Below, one piece after another: positions 56,117-63,692 of a stretch of DNA of 64,000 bases. Under the pieces are notes generated by a model that was not told where the DNA came from, did not search any database, and saw nothing but the letters and a program-made list of their open reading frames with translations. This DNA is from Escherichia phage W22, in the sequence record PV159336; one strand, 5' to 3'. Within the stretch, counting starts at the first letter, position 1. Each line of letters starts with the position of its first letter. The position numbers and the translations under genes are program-made.

Positions 56117-56125
56117 AAAAGATTG

Positions 56126-56181
56126 TTGACACGGGAAAGAAAAAGAGTAAACTGTATTACGTAGGGCGGCAATAGTGCCGC
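56126..56181 (+). promoter_or_regulatory. sigma70-like promoter plus 5'-UTR hairpin cassette
   Basis: TTGACA 56126-31, 16 nt, TAAACT 56148-53; hairpin GCGGCA-ATAG-TGCCGC 56166-81. Confidence 0.55.
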
Positions 56182-56206
56182 TCATAACAGAAGAGAGATT
56201 ATCACG

Positions 56207-56422
56207 ATGGTTAATATCCGCACACTGTTAAAAAATGCAAGTCAAGTTTTATTTTCAGATGACGAGTATTTCAACAAAGACATTACAGGCGTGAAAAATT
56301 TAAAAGACGTGAAGGATGTTATCGGTATCCGTGGATCTTTACGTAAAGGTGACATATACGGTAACAAGGTGCAATATAAACTGTCAAAAGATTATGATTT
56401 TACTTTGACAATTATTTCATAA
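56207..56422 (+). CDS. hypothetical early protein
   Basis: 71 aa ORF. Confidence 0.5.
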   Translation: MVNIRTLLKNASQVLFSDDEYFNKDITGVKNLKDVKDVIGIRGSLRKGDIYGNKVQYKLSKDYDFTLTIIS

Positions 56423-56428
56423 AACTAC

Positions 56429-56489
56429 TTGCAAACCTGGTAAAATAAAGTAAACTATATTCATTAAGGCGGTGGAATAGCCCACCGCC
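56429..56489 (+). promoter_or_regulatory. sigma70-like promoter plus 5'-UTR hairpin cassette
   Basis: TTGCAA 56429-34, 16 nt, TAAACT 56451-56; hairpin GGCGGTGG-AATAGC-CCACCGCC 56468-89. Confidence 0.5.
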
Positions 56490-56512
56490 TAACAAAGAGA
56501 AGAGGAAACATC

Positions 56513-56683
56513 ATGATCACTTTCGCTACCCGTGAAGCCGCTCGCAACGTTGCACGTAAAGTTAATGCCGCCAACCTGGGCGCTACGCTTAAAGCCCCGG
56601 TTAAAGATGAATCAGGAAAATGGATCTTCCCTGGTCTGCGTCACGCTGATAAGCTGGGAACATTAACGTTAAAAAATAAATAA
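56513..56683 (+). CDS. small protein (56 aa), absent from ORF track
   Basis: ATG 56513 after hairpin; GAGGAAA RBS. Confidence 0.4.
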   Translation: MITFATREAARNVARKVNAANLGATLKAPVKDESGKWIFPGLRHADKLGTLTLKNK

Positions 56684-56690
56684 TATTCGC

Positions 56691-56749
56691 TTGACAGTAG
56701 CATCATTTATAAGTAAAGTAACAACAACGGCGGGAAATGGTTTCCCGCC
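56691..56749 (+). promoter_or_regulatory. sigma70-like promoter plus 5'-UTR hairpin cassette
   Basis: TTGACA 56691-96, 17 nt, TAAAGT 56714-19; hairpin GGCGGGAAA-TGG-TTTCCCGCC 56729-49. Confidence 0.6.
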
Positions 56750-56769
56750 ATCAATAAAGAGATAAGATT

Positions 56770-57129
56770 ATGAAATCAGTAAAAGCAATTAAAACTTACA
56801 TTGTGTCGGCTATTTCTTTTGATGGTACTACAACCGAAAAAGAAAAGATCACCGAACTGATGCGCCGTTTTAACTCTGAATACTGGTATCAATCTAATCG
56901 TGATCGTTATAATAACAATATGGTACAAGGTGTCAAAAGCTGGTTACAAGGTTTACCGTCAGATATCAATATCGCTTTTAATTATAACGAGATCGATCAA
57001 TTATTAATTGAATGGAAGTACATAAAAGAAACAAGCAAAGAAACAACCGTTACCCGTGAGCGGGAAAATTATTGGTTATATATTGCAAGCATGATCGTAA
57101 CTTTGGCAAAATATCATAACGTAGCGTAA
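56770..57129 (+). CDS. hypothetical early protein
   Basis: 119 aa ORF. Confidence 0.5.
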   Translation: MKSVKAIKTYIVSAISFDGTTTEKEKITELMRRFNSEYWYQSNRDRYNNNMVQGVKSWLQGLPSDINIAFNYNEIDQLLIEWKYIKETSKETTVTRERENYWLYIASMIVTLAKYHNVA

Positions 57130-57143
57130 TCGAGAGGAAAAAC

Positions 57144-57281
57144 ATGAACGCATCACAGCAGATCGAAAAATTCAACCGCAATAAAGCGCGTAAAGATTGG
57201 AACGAAGAGATCACCAAGAAAGGCGACAAGCGGAACAAAACAAAAAGAGATCGCAGCAGCAAAAGATACTGGAACGAATAA
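57144..57281 (+). CDS. small highly basic protein (45 aa), absent from ORF track
   Basis: ATG 57144 with GAGAGGAAA RBS; K/R-rich; followed by terminator. Confidence 0.4.
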   Translation: MNASQQIEKFNRNKARKDWNEEITKKGDKRNKTKRDRSSKRYWNE

Positions 57282-57283
57282 CA

Positions 57284-57308
57284 AAAAGGGCGCAATAAGC
57301 GCCCTTTT
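57284..57308 (+). terminator. rho-independent terminator
   Basis: AAAAGGGCGC-AATAA-GCGCCCTTTT. Confidence 0.7.
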
Positions 57309-57398
57309 AGCTTATATAGAGGCTTGTTGCTTATAGGCAAGGGTAACGCCAGGATAAGCCTATAAACCACGTTAGACGGCTTTACAGGAGCTTTAAAA

Positions 57399-57581
57399 AT
57401 GAAATTAGAGGAAATAAGCAAGGCACTAGCCCAGGGGCAAAGGTTATGCGCCCGATATCGTGATCAATATGGTTTCATAACTAGCGGCGTGATCCTGGGG
57501 ATTGAAGACAATAAGATTTTTATTGACACGTTGAAAAACGTTGTATATAGTGACAATATAATCTCAATAAAACATATATGA
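57399..57581 (+). CDS. hypothetical early protein
   Basis: 60 aa ORF with CAGGAG RBS. Confidence 0.4.
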   Translation: MKLEEISKALAQGQRLCARYRDQYGFITSGVILGIEDNKIFIDTLKNVVYSDNIISIKHI

Positions 57582-57589
57582 GGCAAGAA

Positions 57590-57991
57590 ATGAAAAAATT
57601 ATTGATAGCTGGTTTAATCTCTTTTGGCATGGTTGGAACATCTAGCGCGGCGATATCCTCCACAGTAGCAGAATTAAGCGCCGTTGATGCAATGGAAAAC
57701 GTCATGATCATTAATAATGCGATCCCCGATGAAATCATGGAGGATTCACACATGATCGCTTATGGTGCTGTTACACAATTAACGGCAAAAATAGATAAAT
57801 CTATTGTTAATGGCTTAAATGAAGATGTACCATGTGAAATTATTACCAGTGTGCTAACGACTCAAAATTTTACGCCGTGGTTAAAAAGTATTCAAAAAGT
57901 ACACAGTACAGCCGCAGATCGTAGCAATGAAAAACTAGTGTCAGCACTTGCAACGTATACCCTAGCAAAATGCACCGAAATAAAAGATTGA
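57590..57991 (+). CDS. secreted early protein
   Basis: Start taken at MKKLLIAGL (GAGG RBS); signal peptide ending SSAAIS. Confidence 0.5.
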   Translation: MKKLLIAGLISFGMVGTSSAAISSTVAELSAVDAMENVMIINNAIPDEIMEDSHMIAYGAVTQLTAKIDKSIVNGLNEDVPCEIITSVLTTQNFTPWLKSIQKVHSTAADRSNEKLVSALATYTLAKCTEIKD

Positions 57992-58016
57992 CAACATAGA
58001 AAGCACGTTATAAGAT
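57988..58016 (+). promoter_or_regulatory. sigma70-like promoter (no hairpin)
   Basis: TTGACA 57988-93, 17 nt, TAAGAT 58011-16. Confidence 0.5.
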
Positions 58017-58038
58017 ACACACAACAAAGGAGAACTAC

Positions 58039-58341
58039 ATGAACGGCATAGCTAAAACGTTTTTTCTTTTTTCTGGTGTAAATGACCCATCAATAAAAGT
58101 CGATAGCGTAAAAGAAAACAATACTATCACCGCTAAATTATTTCAAGATGAAACAAATAACGTGCTAATCATTAATCTTAAAGAAATAACAAAAGGTTAT
58201 TATACTATTGCTTACCATGCGATCTATAATGCTGATACTAGTGAGGAAGTGCAAACAAGCAACAACGAAAGCGCGGCGCTACCTGGTGATCTGGTGCTGG
58301 GCGTTATCAGTTTAATTGTCAATGATTTTTTTAAGGAGTAA
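58039..58341 (+). CDS. hypothetical early protein
   Basis: 100 aa ORF with AAGGAG RBS. Confidence 0.5.
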   Translation: MNGIAKTFFLFSGVNDPSIKVDSVKENNTITAKLFQDETNNVLIINLKEITKGYYTIAYHAIYNADTSEEVQTSNNESAALPGDLVLGVISLIVNDFFKE

Positions 58342-58345
58342 AACC

Positions 58346-58441
58346 ATGCCCTATTTACATTTATTTTTCGGGATCTTATTGACAGGATCTTTTTTCTTCT
58401 GTATGCTTGTTTCTATTGTAAACCACGTTTTAAAACATTAA
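58346..58441 (+). CDS. hydrophobic micro-protein (31 aa), absent from ORF track
   Basis: ATG 58346 with TAAGGAG RBS; single predicted TM helix. Confidence 0.35.
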   Translation: MPYLHLFFGILLTGSFFFCMLVSIVNHVLKH

Positions 58442-58599
58442 GGAAACAGCATGAAAATTATTCCCGTACAGTATAGCGTAATAAATCCAGCATATGAGGA
58501 AGGAAGGAAAACAAGCATGGCTTTATGTTGTATTGCTACTATAGCCATGTTATTATACACTGTGTTTTAATAGGTTTTATAGTTGTACGCTTTAAAGGC

Positions 58600-58627
58600 T
58601 TGACAATTTTTTGTTATGCTTTAAAAT
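58600..58627 (+). promoter_or_regulatory. sigma70-like promoter (no hairpin)
   Basis: TTGACA 58600-05, 16 nt, TAAAAT 58622-27. Confidence 0.45.
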
Positions 58628-58670
58628 ATATCTTGAAAACGGCAAAGGCCGCAAACAAAAGGGTAAAATT

Positions 58671-58994
58671 ATGAAATCTGTGATCGGTGTTTATTTGGAT
58701 AACTCTGATTTTTTCTATCATCGTGCGCGTTTACTTGATGCGATTGAAATGATAGAATCAGGCTTTAAAGAGTATCGCCTTGCACATGATGACCTGGAAG
58801 CATTACAGGGCAATAGTGTTTTTACATTGCAAGCTAAAGCACTATGTAAAAGCCGGATCGACATTGCAAGCAAAAAGATAGAACGCGGCATGTCCTGGTT
58901 GCGCACCGCAGAAATCAACATGGGGCAATGGTACGGCGAAAACTTAGAAAATAAACTCACTTTTGTAAATGTAGAAAATATTAAAGATTATTGA
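58671..58994 (+). CDS. hypothetical early protein
   Basis: Start taken at MKSVIGV, downstream of promoter; 107 aa. Confidence 0.45.
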   Translation: MKSVIGVYLDNSDFFYHRARLLDAIEMIESGFKEYRLAHDDLEALQGNSVFTLQAKALCKSRIDIASKKIERGMSWLRTAEINMGQWYGENLENKLTFVNVENIKDY

Positions 58995-59056
58995 TTGACA
59001 GCACACCTGATAAGTAATATATTGTATCTCATAGAGCGGGGAAATGGTTTCCCCGC
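58995..59056 (+). promoter_or_regulatory. sigma70-like promoter plus 5'-UTR hairpin cassette
   Basis: TTGACA 58995-59000, -10 TATATT about 59018-23; hairpin GCGGGGAAA-TGG-TTTCCCCGC 59036-56. Confidence 0.6.
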
Positions 59057-59076
59057 CTTAACAGAAGAGATAAGAT

Positions 59077-59361
59077 ATGAAGATCACAAAAGCACTTTCC
59101 AACTATGCAGCACGTCGCGGCTTATGCTTAACCGTTGAAAACTTAGGGAAAGAAGATTTTTTGTGCTTTTGGGAGCTTGAGAATGATAATGAGTGGATCT
59201 TCTCTTATTCTATCTGCAAAGATCAAAATGGTTGCTTGTTAACCTGGCGCGGTAATATCTATTTGCCGGAAGAAATAAAACAAGAATTACCAGGCACGAT
59301 CATGACTGAGAAACAGCTTAAGGAAGTGATCAATTTTGTAGGGCAAAACATTAAAAAATAA
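59077..59361 (+). CDS. hypothetical early protein
   Basis: 94 aa ORF. Confidence 0.5.
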   Translation: MKITKALSNYAARRGLCLTVENLGKEDFLCFWELENDNEWIFSYSICKDQNGCLLTWRGNIYLPEEIKQELPGTIMTEKQLKEVINFVGQNIKK

Positions 59362-59362
59362 T

Positions 59363-59423
59363 TTGACAGTAGGCAAACAACGTAGTAAAGTTTATCACAT
59401 AGGGCGGGAAATGGTTTCCCGCT
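59363..59423 (+). promoter_or_regulatory. sigma70-like promoter plus 5'-UTR hairpin cassette
   Basis: TTGACA 59363-68, 17 nt, TAAAGT 59386-91; hairpin GGCGGGAAA-TGG-TTTCCCGCT 59403-23. Confidence 0.6.
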
Positions 59424-59445
59424 CACAGCAGAAGAGAAACAAATC

Positions 59446-59616
59446 ATGATCCCAACTATGTTTTACGTATCGCGCAAAGGTCACAATATTTTTTGGTCTG
59501 AAGATTTAAATGAAGCCATGACGTTTGCCCGTGATCGTGTTGCTATCGGTGGCGTTAATATTACCGTAACCGATGAAAACGGCATTGAATACTATAACGG
59601 CGACGATGAAGAGTAA
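59446..59616 (+). CDS. small protein (56 aa), absent from ORF track
   Basis: ATG 59446 after hairpin; acidic C-terminus. Confidence 0.4.
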   Translation: MIPTMFYVSRKGHNIFWSEDLNEAMTFARDRVAIGGVNITVTDENGIEYYNGDDEE

Positions 59617-59623
59617 TTAATAA

Positions 59624-59644
59624 GGCGGGGGAGTATTCCCCGCC
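59624..59644 (+). promoter_or_regulatory. stand-alone 5' hairpin (no recognisable promoter)
   Basis: GGCGGGG-GAGTATT-CCCCGCC between two ORFs; may terminate upstream or mark a processed 5' end. Confidence 0.45.
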
Positions 59645-59663
59645 ATCAATAAAGAGATAAATC

Positions 59664-59933
59664 ATGAAAATATCATTGGACGTTGCAATCAAGGCCATCG
59701 AATCCGGTTACACCCTGGTAAAAGATGATAAGGCTAAAATAGTGCATCATGTTAGCAAGGAAACAGGCGAAAGCATGATCACATATAAAGCCGCCTACTT
59801 TCTCCAATCAGTAGCAGATCCGCGCGTACAGCGCCAGGTCACGGCGGCTATTGCTAAAAAATTATGTGCTTTACAGGGCACAAGTTTTAACGAGATCCCG
59901 CCGTGTTTTGACTGGTCGAGCTTGAAAAAATAG
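59664..59933 (+). CDS. hypothetical early protein
   Basis: 89 aa ORF. Confidence 0.5.
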   Translation: MKISLDVAIKAIESGYTLVKDDKAKIVHHVSKETGESMITYKAAYFLQSVADPRVQRQVTAAIAKKLCALQGTSFNEIPPCFDWSSLKK

Positions 59934-59934
59934 T

Positions 59935-59990
59935 TTGACAATAATTATAAATAGGGTAGAATGTATTGCGTAGGGCGGCAATAGTGCCGC
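59935..59990 (+). promoter_or_regulatory. sigma70-like promoter plus 5'-UTR hairpin cassette
   Basis: TTGACA 59935-40, 16 nt, TAGAAT 59957-62; hairpin GCGGCA-ATAG-TGCCGC 59975-90. Confidence 0.65.
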
Positions 59991-60013
59991 TCACAACTAA
60001 AAGAGAAATCATC

Positions 60014-60208
60014 ATGGCGCTTAAAAAACTAACAAGCAATACTCGTTGGGATGAAATTGACGGGGAAGTATACATTTTCGCCCGTAAACCAGGTGATCAA
60101 AAATGGTCAAAGGCTTTTACTTGTCACCCTGCAACAATAGATCTAATAAAAAGTAAAGGTTTTCGTGAAGCAGTAGCGAGAAGTTTACTGATCCCTTGTA
60201 AAAAATAG
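60014..60208 (+). CDS. hypothetical early protein
   Basis: Start taken at MALKKL (track ORF runs through the hairpin); 64 aa. Confidence 0.45.
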   Translation: MALKKLTSNTRWDEIDGEVYIFARKPGDQKWSKAFTCHPATIDLIKSKGFREAVARSLLIPCKK

Positions 60209-60209
60209 T

Positions 60210-60269
60210 TTGACAATATGCGGTTATCTGGTAAAGTGTACCACGTAGGGCGGGAAATGGTTTCCCGCC
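60210..60269 (+). promoter_or_regulatory. sigma70-like promoter plus 5'-UTR hairpin cassette
   Basis: TTGACA 60210-15, 16 nt, TAAAGT 60232-37; hairpin GGCGGGAAA-TGG-TTTCCCGCC 60249-69. Confidence 0.6.
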
Positions 60270-60287
60270 AGAATAGAGAGAACTAAA

Positions 60288-60392
60288 ATGATTATTCTTA
60301 CCATGATGTGCGCGGCGGTTATTATTCCTTTGATAACGCTTATTGTTTCTGAGATCGATGATCTTCTCTTTGAAAGAAGTTTAAAAAAGTAA
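60288..60392 (+). CDS. hydrophobic micro-protein (34 aa), absent from ORF track
   Basis: ATG 60288 after hairpin; single TM helix. Confidence 0.35.
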   Translation: MIILTMMCAAVIIPLITLIVSEIDDLLFERSLKK

Positions 60393-60455
60393 TTGACAAC
60401 GGCTAATAAGCTGATAATATGTATCACATAGGGCGGGGCAATAAGGCAACGCCCA
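60393..60455 (+). promoter_or_regulatory. sigma70-like promoter plus degenerate hairpin
   Basis: TTGACA 60393-98, 16 nt, TAATAT 60415-20; imperfect hairpin GGGCG...CGCCC 60431-55. Confidence 0.5.
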
Positions 60456-60472
60456 CTAATGAGGGTAGCATC

Positions 60473-60577
60473 ATGTTAGAGAAAATTTTCACGGTTGTAA
60501 TAGTGGGCCTGGCGTTATCGGTTGGAGTGATTGCAACTATGGCTAACATGATCCTATCTTCCCACGGTATTGGATAA
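60473..60577 (+). CDS. hydrophobic micro-protein (34 aa), absent from ORF track
   Basis: ATG 60473; single TM helix. Confidence 0.35.
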   Translation: MLEKIFTVVIVGLALSVGVIATMANMILSSHGIG

Positions 60578-60587
60578 GGTGAAACAA

Positions 60588-60803
60588 ATGATCACGAATA
60601 AGACAGGTAAAACGGAATTTTTACGCGGCTTGCAAATAGGTAAACCTGAGATCTGGTATTGCACTAAAACACCACGTGACGAAATGAAAGACTTTACCGC
60701 CACGCTGAAGCGGGTAAAGATATCTATTACGCAGAAAAAAGCCTTGATAGTAGTAGAAAACGAGATCCCGCAAACCATTATTATTGTTGAGCGTACAGCA
60801 TGA
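60588..60803 (+). CDS. hypothetical early protein
   Basis: Start taken at MITNKTGK with AAGGTGAAA RBS; 71 aa. Confidence 0.45.
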   Translation: MITNKTGKTEFLRGLQIGKPEIWYCTKTPRDEMKDFTATLKRVKISITQKKALIVVENEIPQTIIIVERTA

Positions 60804-61186
60804 AAACAGAAATCATTAACGAAATGATCAACGGCTATAAAGAAGCCTTTATTTTTGCTGAACCAGCGACGGATCACAATGGGGAATATATTGAGAATCT
60901 AGACGATTATGATTTTTCTTCTAGCGCCCTGAAACGTATTACCAGCGATGTGACCGCCTTTTGTAATGCCAATGTTGCCGCTATCTCTGAGGCAATGAGC
61001 GACGGCGCTACAGCAAACCAGATCGGGAATGATTTACATTTTACCCGTAACGGTCACGGCGTAGGCTTTTGGGATCGCCCTGAAATATACACCACTAACA
61101 CGGCGAACCGCCTAACAAATGCCGCTAAATTAATGCCATCGGTGCATGCTTACATTGGTGAAGATAATTTGATTTATATTGAATAA
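60800..61186 (+). CDS. hypothetical early protein
   Basis: 128 aa; ATGA overlap with upstream stop. Confidence 0.5.
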   Translation: MKTEIINEMINGYKEAFIFAEPATDHNGEYIENLDDYDFSSSALKRITSDVTAFCNANVAAISEAMSDGATANQIGNDLHFTRNGHGVGFWDRPEIYTTNTANRLTNAAKLMPSVHAYIGEDNLIYIE

Positions 61187-61192
61187 AAAGTA

Positions 61193-61251
61193 TTGACACC
61201 GATCCCCAGTATGGTATTATTTACCACGTAGGCGGGAAATGGTTTCCCGCC
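61193..61251 (+). promoter_or_regulatory. sigma70-like promoter plus 5'-UTR hairpin cassette
   Basis: TTGACA 61193-98, 16 nt, TATTAT 61215-20; hairpin GGCGGGAAA-TGG-TTTCCCGCC 61231-51. Confidence 0.65.
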
Positions 61252-61274
61252 AGGTAATCAAAAAGGTAAATACT

Positions 61275-61664
61275 ATGCGCAACCTGGTTTCTGTTTCTAA
61301 CGTTGAAAAATTCCAATCCTTGCAGGGTATCGTTAACAACGTAGCGCCTTTTTTAGTCAATGGCTTGATTGCAAAGATGAAAAATAAACATCATGCCGCA
61401 TGGTCTGCTTACTGCTTTGACAATGATGAAAAAGCGGCTGAAATGATGTTAAATATGCTGTTAGACAGTGTAGAATCATCTTTACCGGAAAACATCGCAG
61501 AAGAGATCACCTATCGTTATAATATGGCGATCACTTACCAGGAGGTTGCGCAATTTAATATGATGGACGATGACGAACAACAGGATCAGGAAATTTTCTG
61601 GGAGTATGCTGATCGTCAATCGGCTTTTGATGAAAAGTTAGCGATGTATTATAATGAATATTAA
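61275..61664 (+). CDS. hypothetical early protein
   Basis: Start taken at MRNLVSV after the hairpin; 129 aa. Confidence 0.5.
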   Translation: MRNLVSVSNVEKFQSLQGIVNNVAPFLVNGLIAKMKNKHHAAWSAYCFDNDEKAAEMMLNMLLDSVESSLPENIAEEITYRYNMAITYQEVAQFNMMDDDEQQDQEIFWEYADRQSAFDEKLAMYYNEY

Positions 61665-61676
61665 TACACGGTAAAA

Positions 61677-61705
61677 GAAAGGGGCGCACTAAGCGCCCTT
61701 TTTTG
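61677..61705 (+). terminator. rho-independent terminator
   Basis: GGGGCGC-ACTAA-GCGCCC then TTTTTTG. Confidence 0.7.
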
Positions 61706-61978
61706 TATTCTTTTTTCACGATGGAAACAACACGTAAAGAATAGGCGTAAAGGTGGCGTAAAACAGCCTAAAACCGATTATAACCGCTTAAACAAGGTAG
61801 GGATGATTAATCACCTTACCAGGATGAAAAAGCCGTTATAAAGCTATCTAGAGCGTTTAAAGCACATAGGGAATAATTTGCTTTTTATCTTGCCTTTTAT
61901 TCTGCTTTTGATTATTATTATGGAACGGGCGGCACCTGGGGACAGGGGAAGATAATCACCGGACGACCCCGCTATATA

Positions 61979-61999
61979 TTGATAGCTAACATCTATCAA
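61979..61999. promoter_or_regulatory. inverted repeat, candidate operator
   Basis: TTGATAG-CTAACAT-CTATCAA, 50 bp upstream of promoter at 62049. Confidence 0.35.
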
Positions 62000-62048
62000 A
62001 CAACAAAACATCAAAGAAATAAACTATCAAATCTTTACAATCTCATCT

Positions 62049-62077
62049 ATTGACCGATAAATCATAGCAGTTTAATA
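62049..62077 (+). promoter_or_regulatory. sigma70-like promoter (no hairpin)
   Basis: TTGACC 62049-54, 17 nt, TAATAT 62072-77. Confidence 0.55.
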
Positions 62078-62126
62078 TTGTTTTTAGAGGGTAGAACATA
62101 CCCAAAACGAAAACAGGAAAAAGAAA

Positions 62127-62363
62127 ATGAAAGAAGTCATGATCCTCAAAAAATCACCTATTTTACGTGGTGGCTTTATCGCTTACTCTGATGATCTGTT
62201 AATTGCAACGGTTGCAAAAATACTAAAATCAGAAGAGGATAGTAAAAACGGCGTTTATCGTATCTGTTTCACCCGTGGGAAATTGCAAGGCAAGATCGCC
62301 TATGCTTTTGATTTACAAGATGTAAATGATAAAATCTGCGCTGTTATTGATTATGCAAAATAA
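62127..62363 (+). CDS. hypothetical early protein
   Basis: 78 aa ORF with AGGAAAAAGAAA RBS. Confidence 0.5.
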   Translation: MKEVMILKKSPILRGGFIAYSDDLLIATVAKILKSEEDSKNGVYRICFTRGKLQGKIAYAFDLQDVNDKICAVIDYAK

Positions 62364-62375
62364 TGAACTTTCTTA

Positions 62376-62404
62376 TTGACACCGGATCACGCTTACATTA
62401 TTAT
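62376..62404 (+). promoter_or_regulatory. sigma70-like promoter with lost hairpin
   Basis: TTGACA 62376-81, 17 nt, TATTAT 62399-62404; conserved CACGTAGGGC start motif present but stem absent. Confidence 0.5.
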
Positions 62405-62450
62405 TTATCACGTAGGGCAAATCATTTTAAACGGTAAACGAGGAAACACC

Positions 62451-62834
62451 ATGAGCAATATCATCAACCTGGCAGCGACTGTAAACGGTAAAGACTTTAA
62501 CGGCGCTGTAGACCGTGATCCTATGTGGTGCTTATCAGTGTTTAAAGGCGACCTGGTTGAAGTTAGAACAACCGAAGGGTATAGCGATGATTATAAATGC
62601 GAGATCCATTTACATAACTGGTACACGGGTAAAACTTATGCGCTGAATCACGCGTTTATCGGGAAAATTGAATATCGCGAAATGATCGACGAAGAAACGG
62701 GGCAAGATTTTAGCGATTATGTTTATATTCGTTCCGAAACATTAGCCGAACGGTTGATCGAGAAAATGAAAGCAAAAAATAAAATTAATTTATCTCATTG
62801 GATTGATATAACAAACGATCCAGCTTATCAGTAA
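62451..62834 (+). CDS. hypothetical early protein
   Basis: Start taken at MSNIINL; 127 aa. Confidence 0.5.
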   Translation: MSNIINLAATVNGKDFNGAVDRDPMWCLSVFKGDLVEVRTTEGYSDDYKCEIHLHNWYTGKTYALNHAFIGKIEYREMIDEETGQDFSDYVYIRSETLAERLIEKMKAKNKINLSHWIDITNDPAYQ

Positions 62835-62848
62835 ATAACATTCCATAC

Positions 62849-62876
62849 AAGGGCGCAATAAGCGCCCTTTCTTTTT
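62849..62876 (+). terminator. rho-independent terminator
   Basis: GGGCGC-AATAA-GCGCCC then TTTCTTTTT; same hairpin as 57288-57304. Confidence 0.7.
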
Positions 62877-63169
62877 ACCTCAATAAAGATGATAGCTTTT
62901 ACCTATCAAAAACGTTCACCGAAAAAAGTGAATAGATCGCGGTATCGAGCTAATCAAGGAGCAGATGAATAACCATACCATGAAGATCATAAGGCGCTTA
63001 CAACGTGTTTTAGACCGCTTATTTTTAATTTCTCCATGTAACTATCTGGCAAAAACAGCCTTTTTCTTATCTTTCCTCTTAAATAATAATCATTCTCATT
63101 TATAGCTGATTATTTATGCAATAAACTGAATAATGCAATAATGATAATCATTCTTAACTTAAGACCATC

Positions 63170-63480
63170 TAACCTATAAAATAATAAGTTATCTAACTAA
63201 ATTAAAACTAATTATCTTACTTTTATTTATAACTTACTGTTACTATCTCATTGATAACCTTATATTAAACAACAATAACTAATATAAATCATTACTAAGC
63301 TAAATATAATCTATCTAACCTTTAAAACTATAACTATAATCTATTTAATTATTGCACAAAGTAACTATTAAATCGTTAGTAACATTACTAAATAATTAAT
63401 ATCCTATCTATTTATGATCTAATCTTTACCTTACTATCTATTACCTAAATAATCATTTCATACCGTAATCATTTCATACA
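63170..63480. repeat. G-depleted, extremely AT-rich low-complexity tract
   Basis: About 10 G in 300 nt on + strand; built from CTAA/TTAT/ATCT-type words; no ORF. Confidence 0.7.
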
Positions 63481-63523
63481 ATAATTATAACAAGAAATAT
63501 AATTCGCAAGCGTATCATTAGCA

Positions 63524-63692
63524 GCCTATGCCGGACACATAGGCGGCTAATAATAACGCAACTACACACCTCACATAATAACTATCACCGATAGTTATTA
63601 TCTGTGCTTATGTAGCTTGCAACAATTGCAAGCGCAACAATATACACGGTATATTGTATTCCCTTACATTGTTGCGGTGCGTTATTATTAGC
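63524..63692. repeat. cluster of nested inverted repeats (cruciform/structured-RNA candidate)
   Basis: GCTAATAATAACGC 63546-59 pairs with 63679-92; inner IRs at 63524-44, 63576-63600 (11-bp arms), 63615-33, 63633-76. Confidence 0.65.

Noticed and set aside
53100-62460. Possible CRISPR array, given a roughly 21-bp palindromic repeat recurring many times
   Set aside because: Repeat spacing is irregular (180-450 bp), repeats vary in sequence, each is preceded by a sigma70-like promoter, and the intervening DNA encodes ORFs with ribosome-binding sites. No cas genes are present.
62965-63110. Short ORF starting at ATG after AAGGAGCAG in the terminal non-coding region
   Set aside because: RBS spacing is only about 3 nt and the ORF runs into the AT-rich operator-like motif; more likely regulatory DNA.
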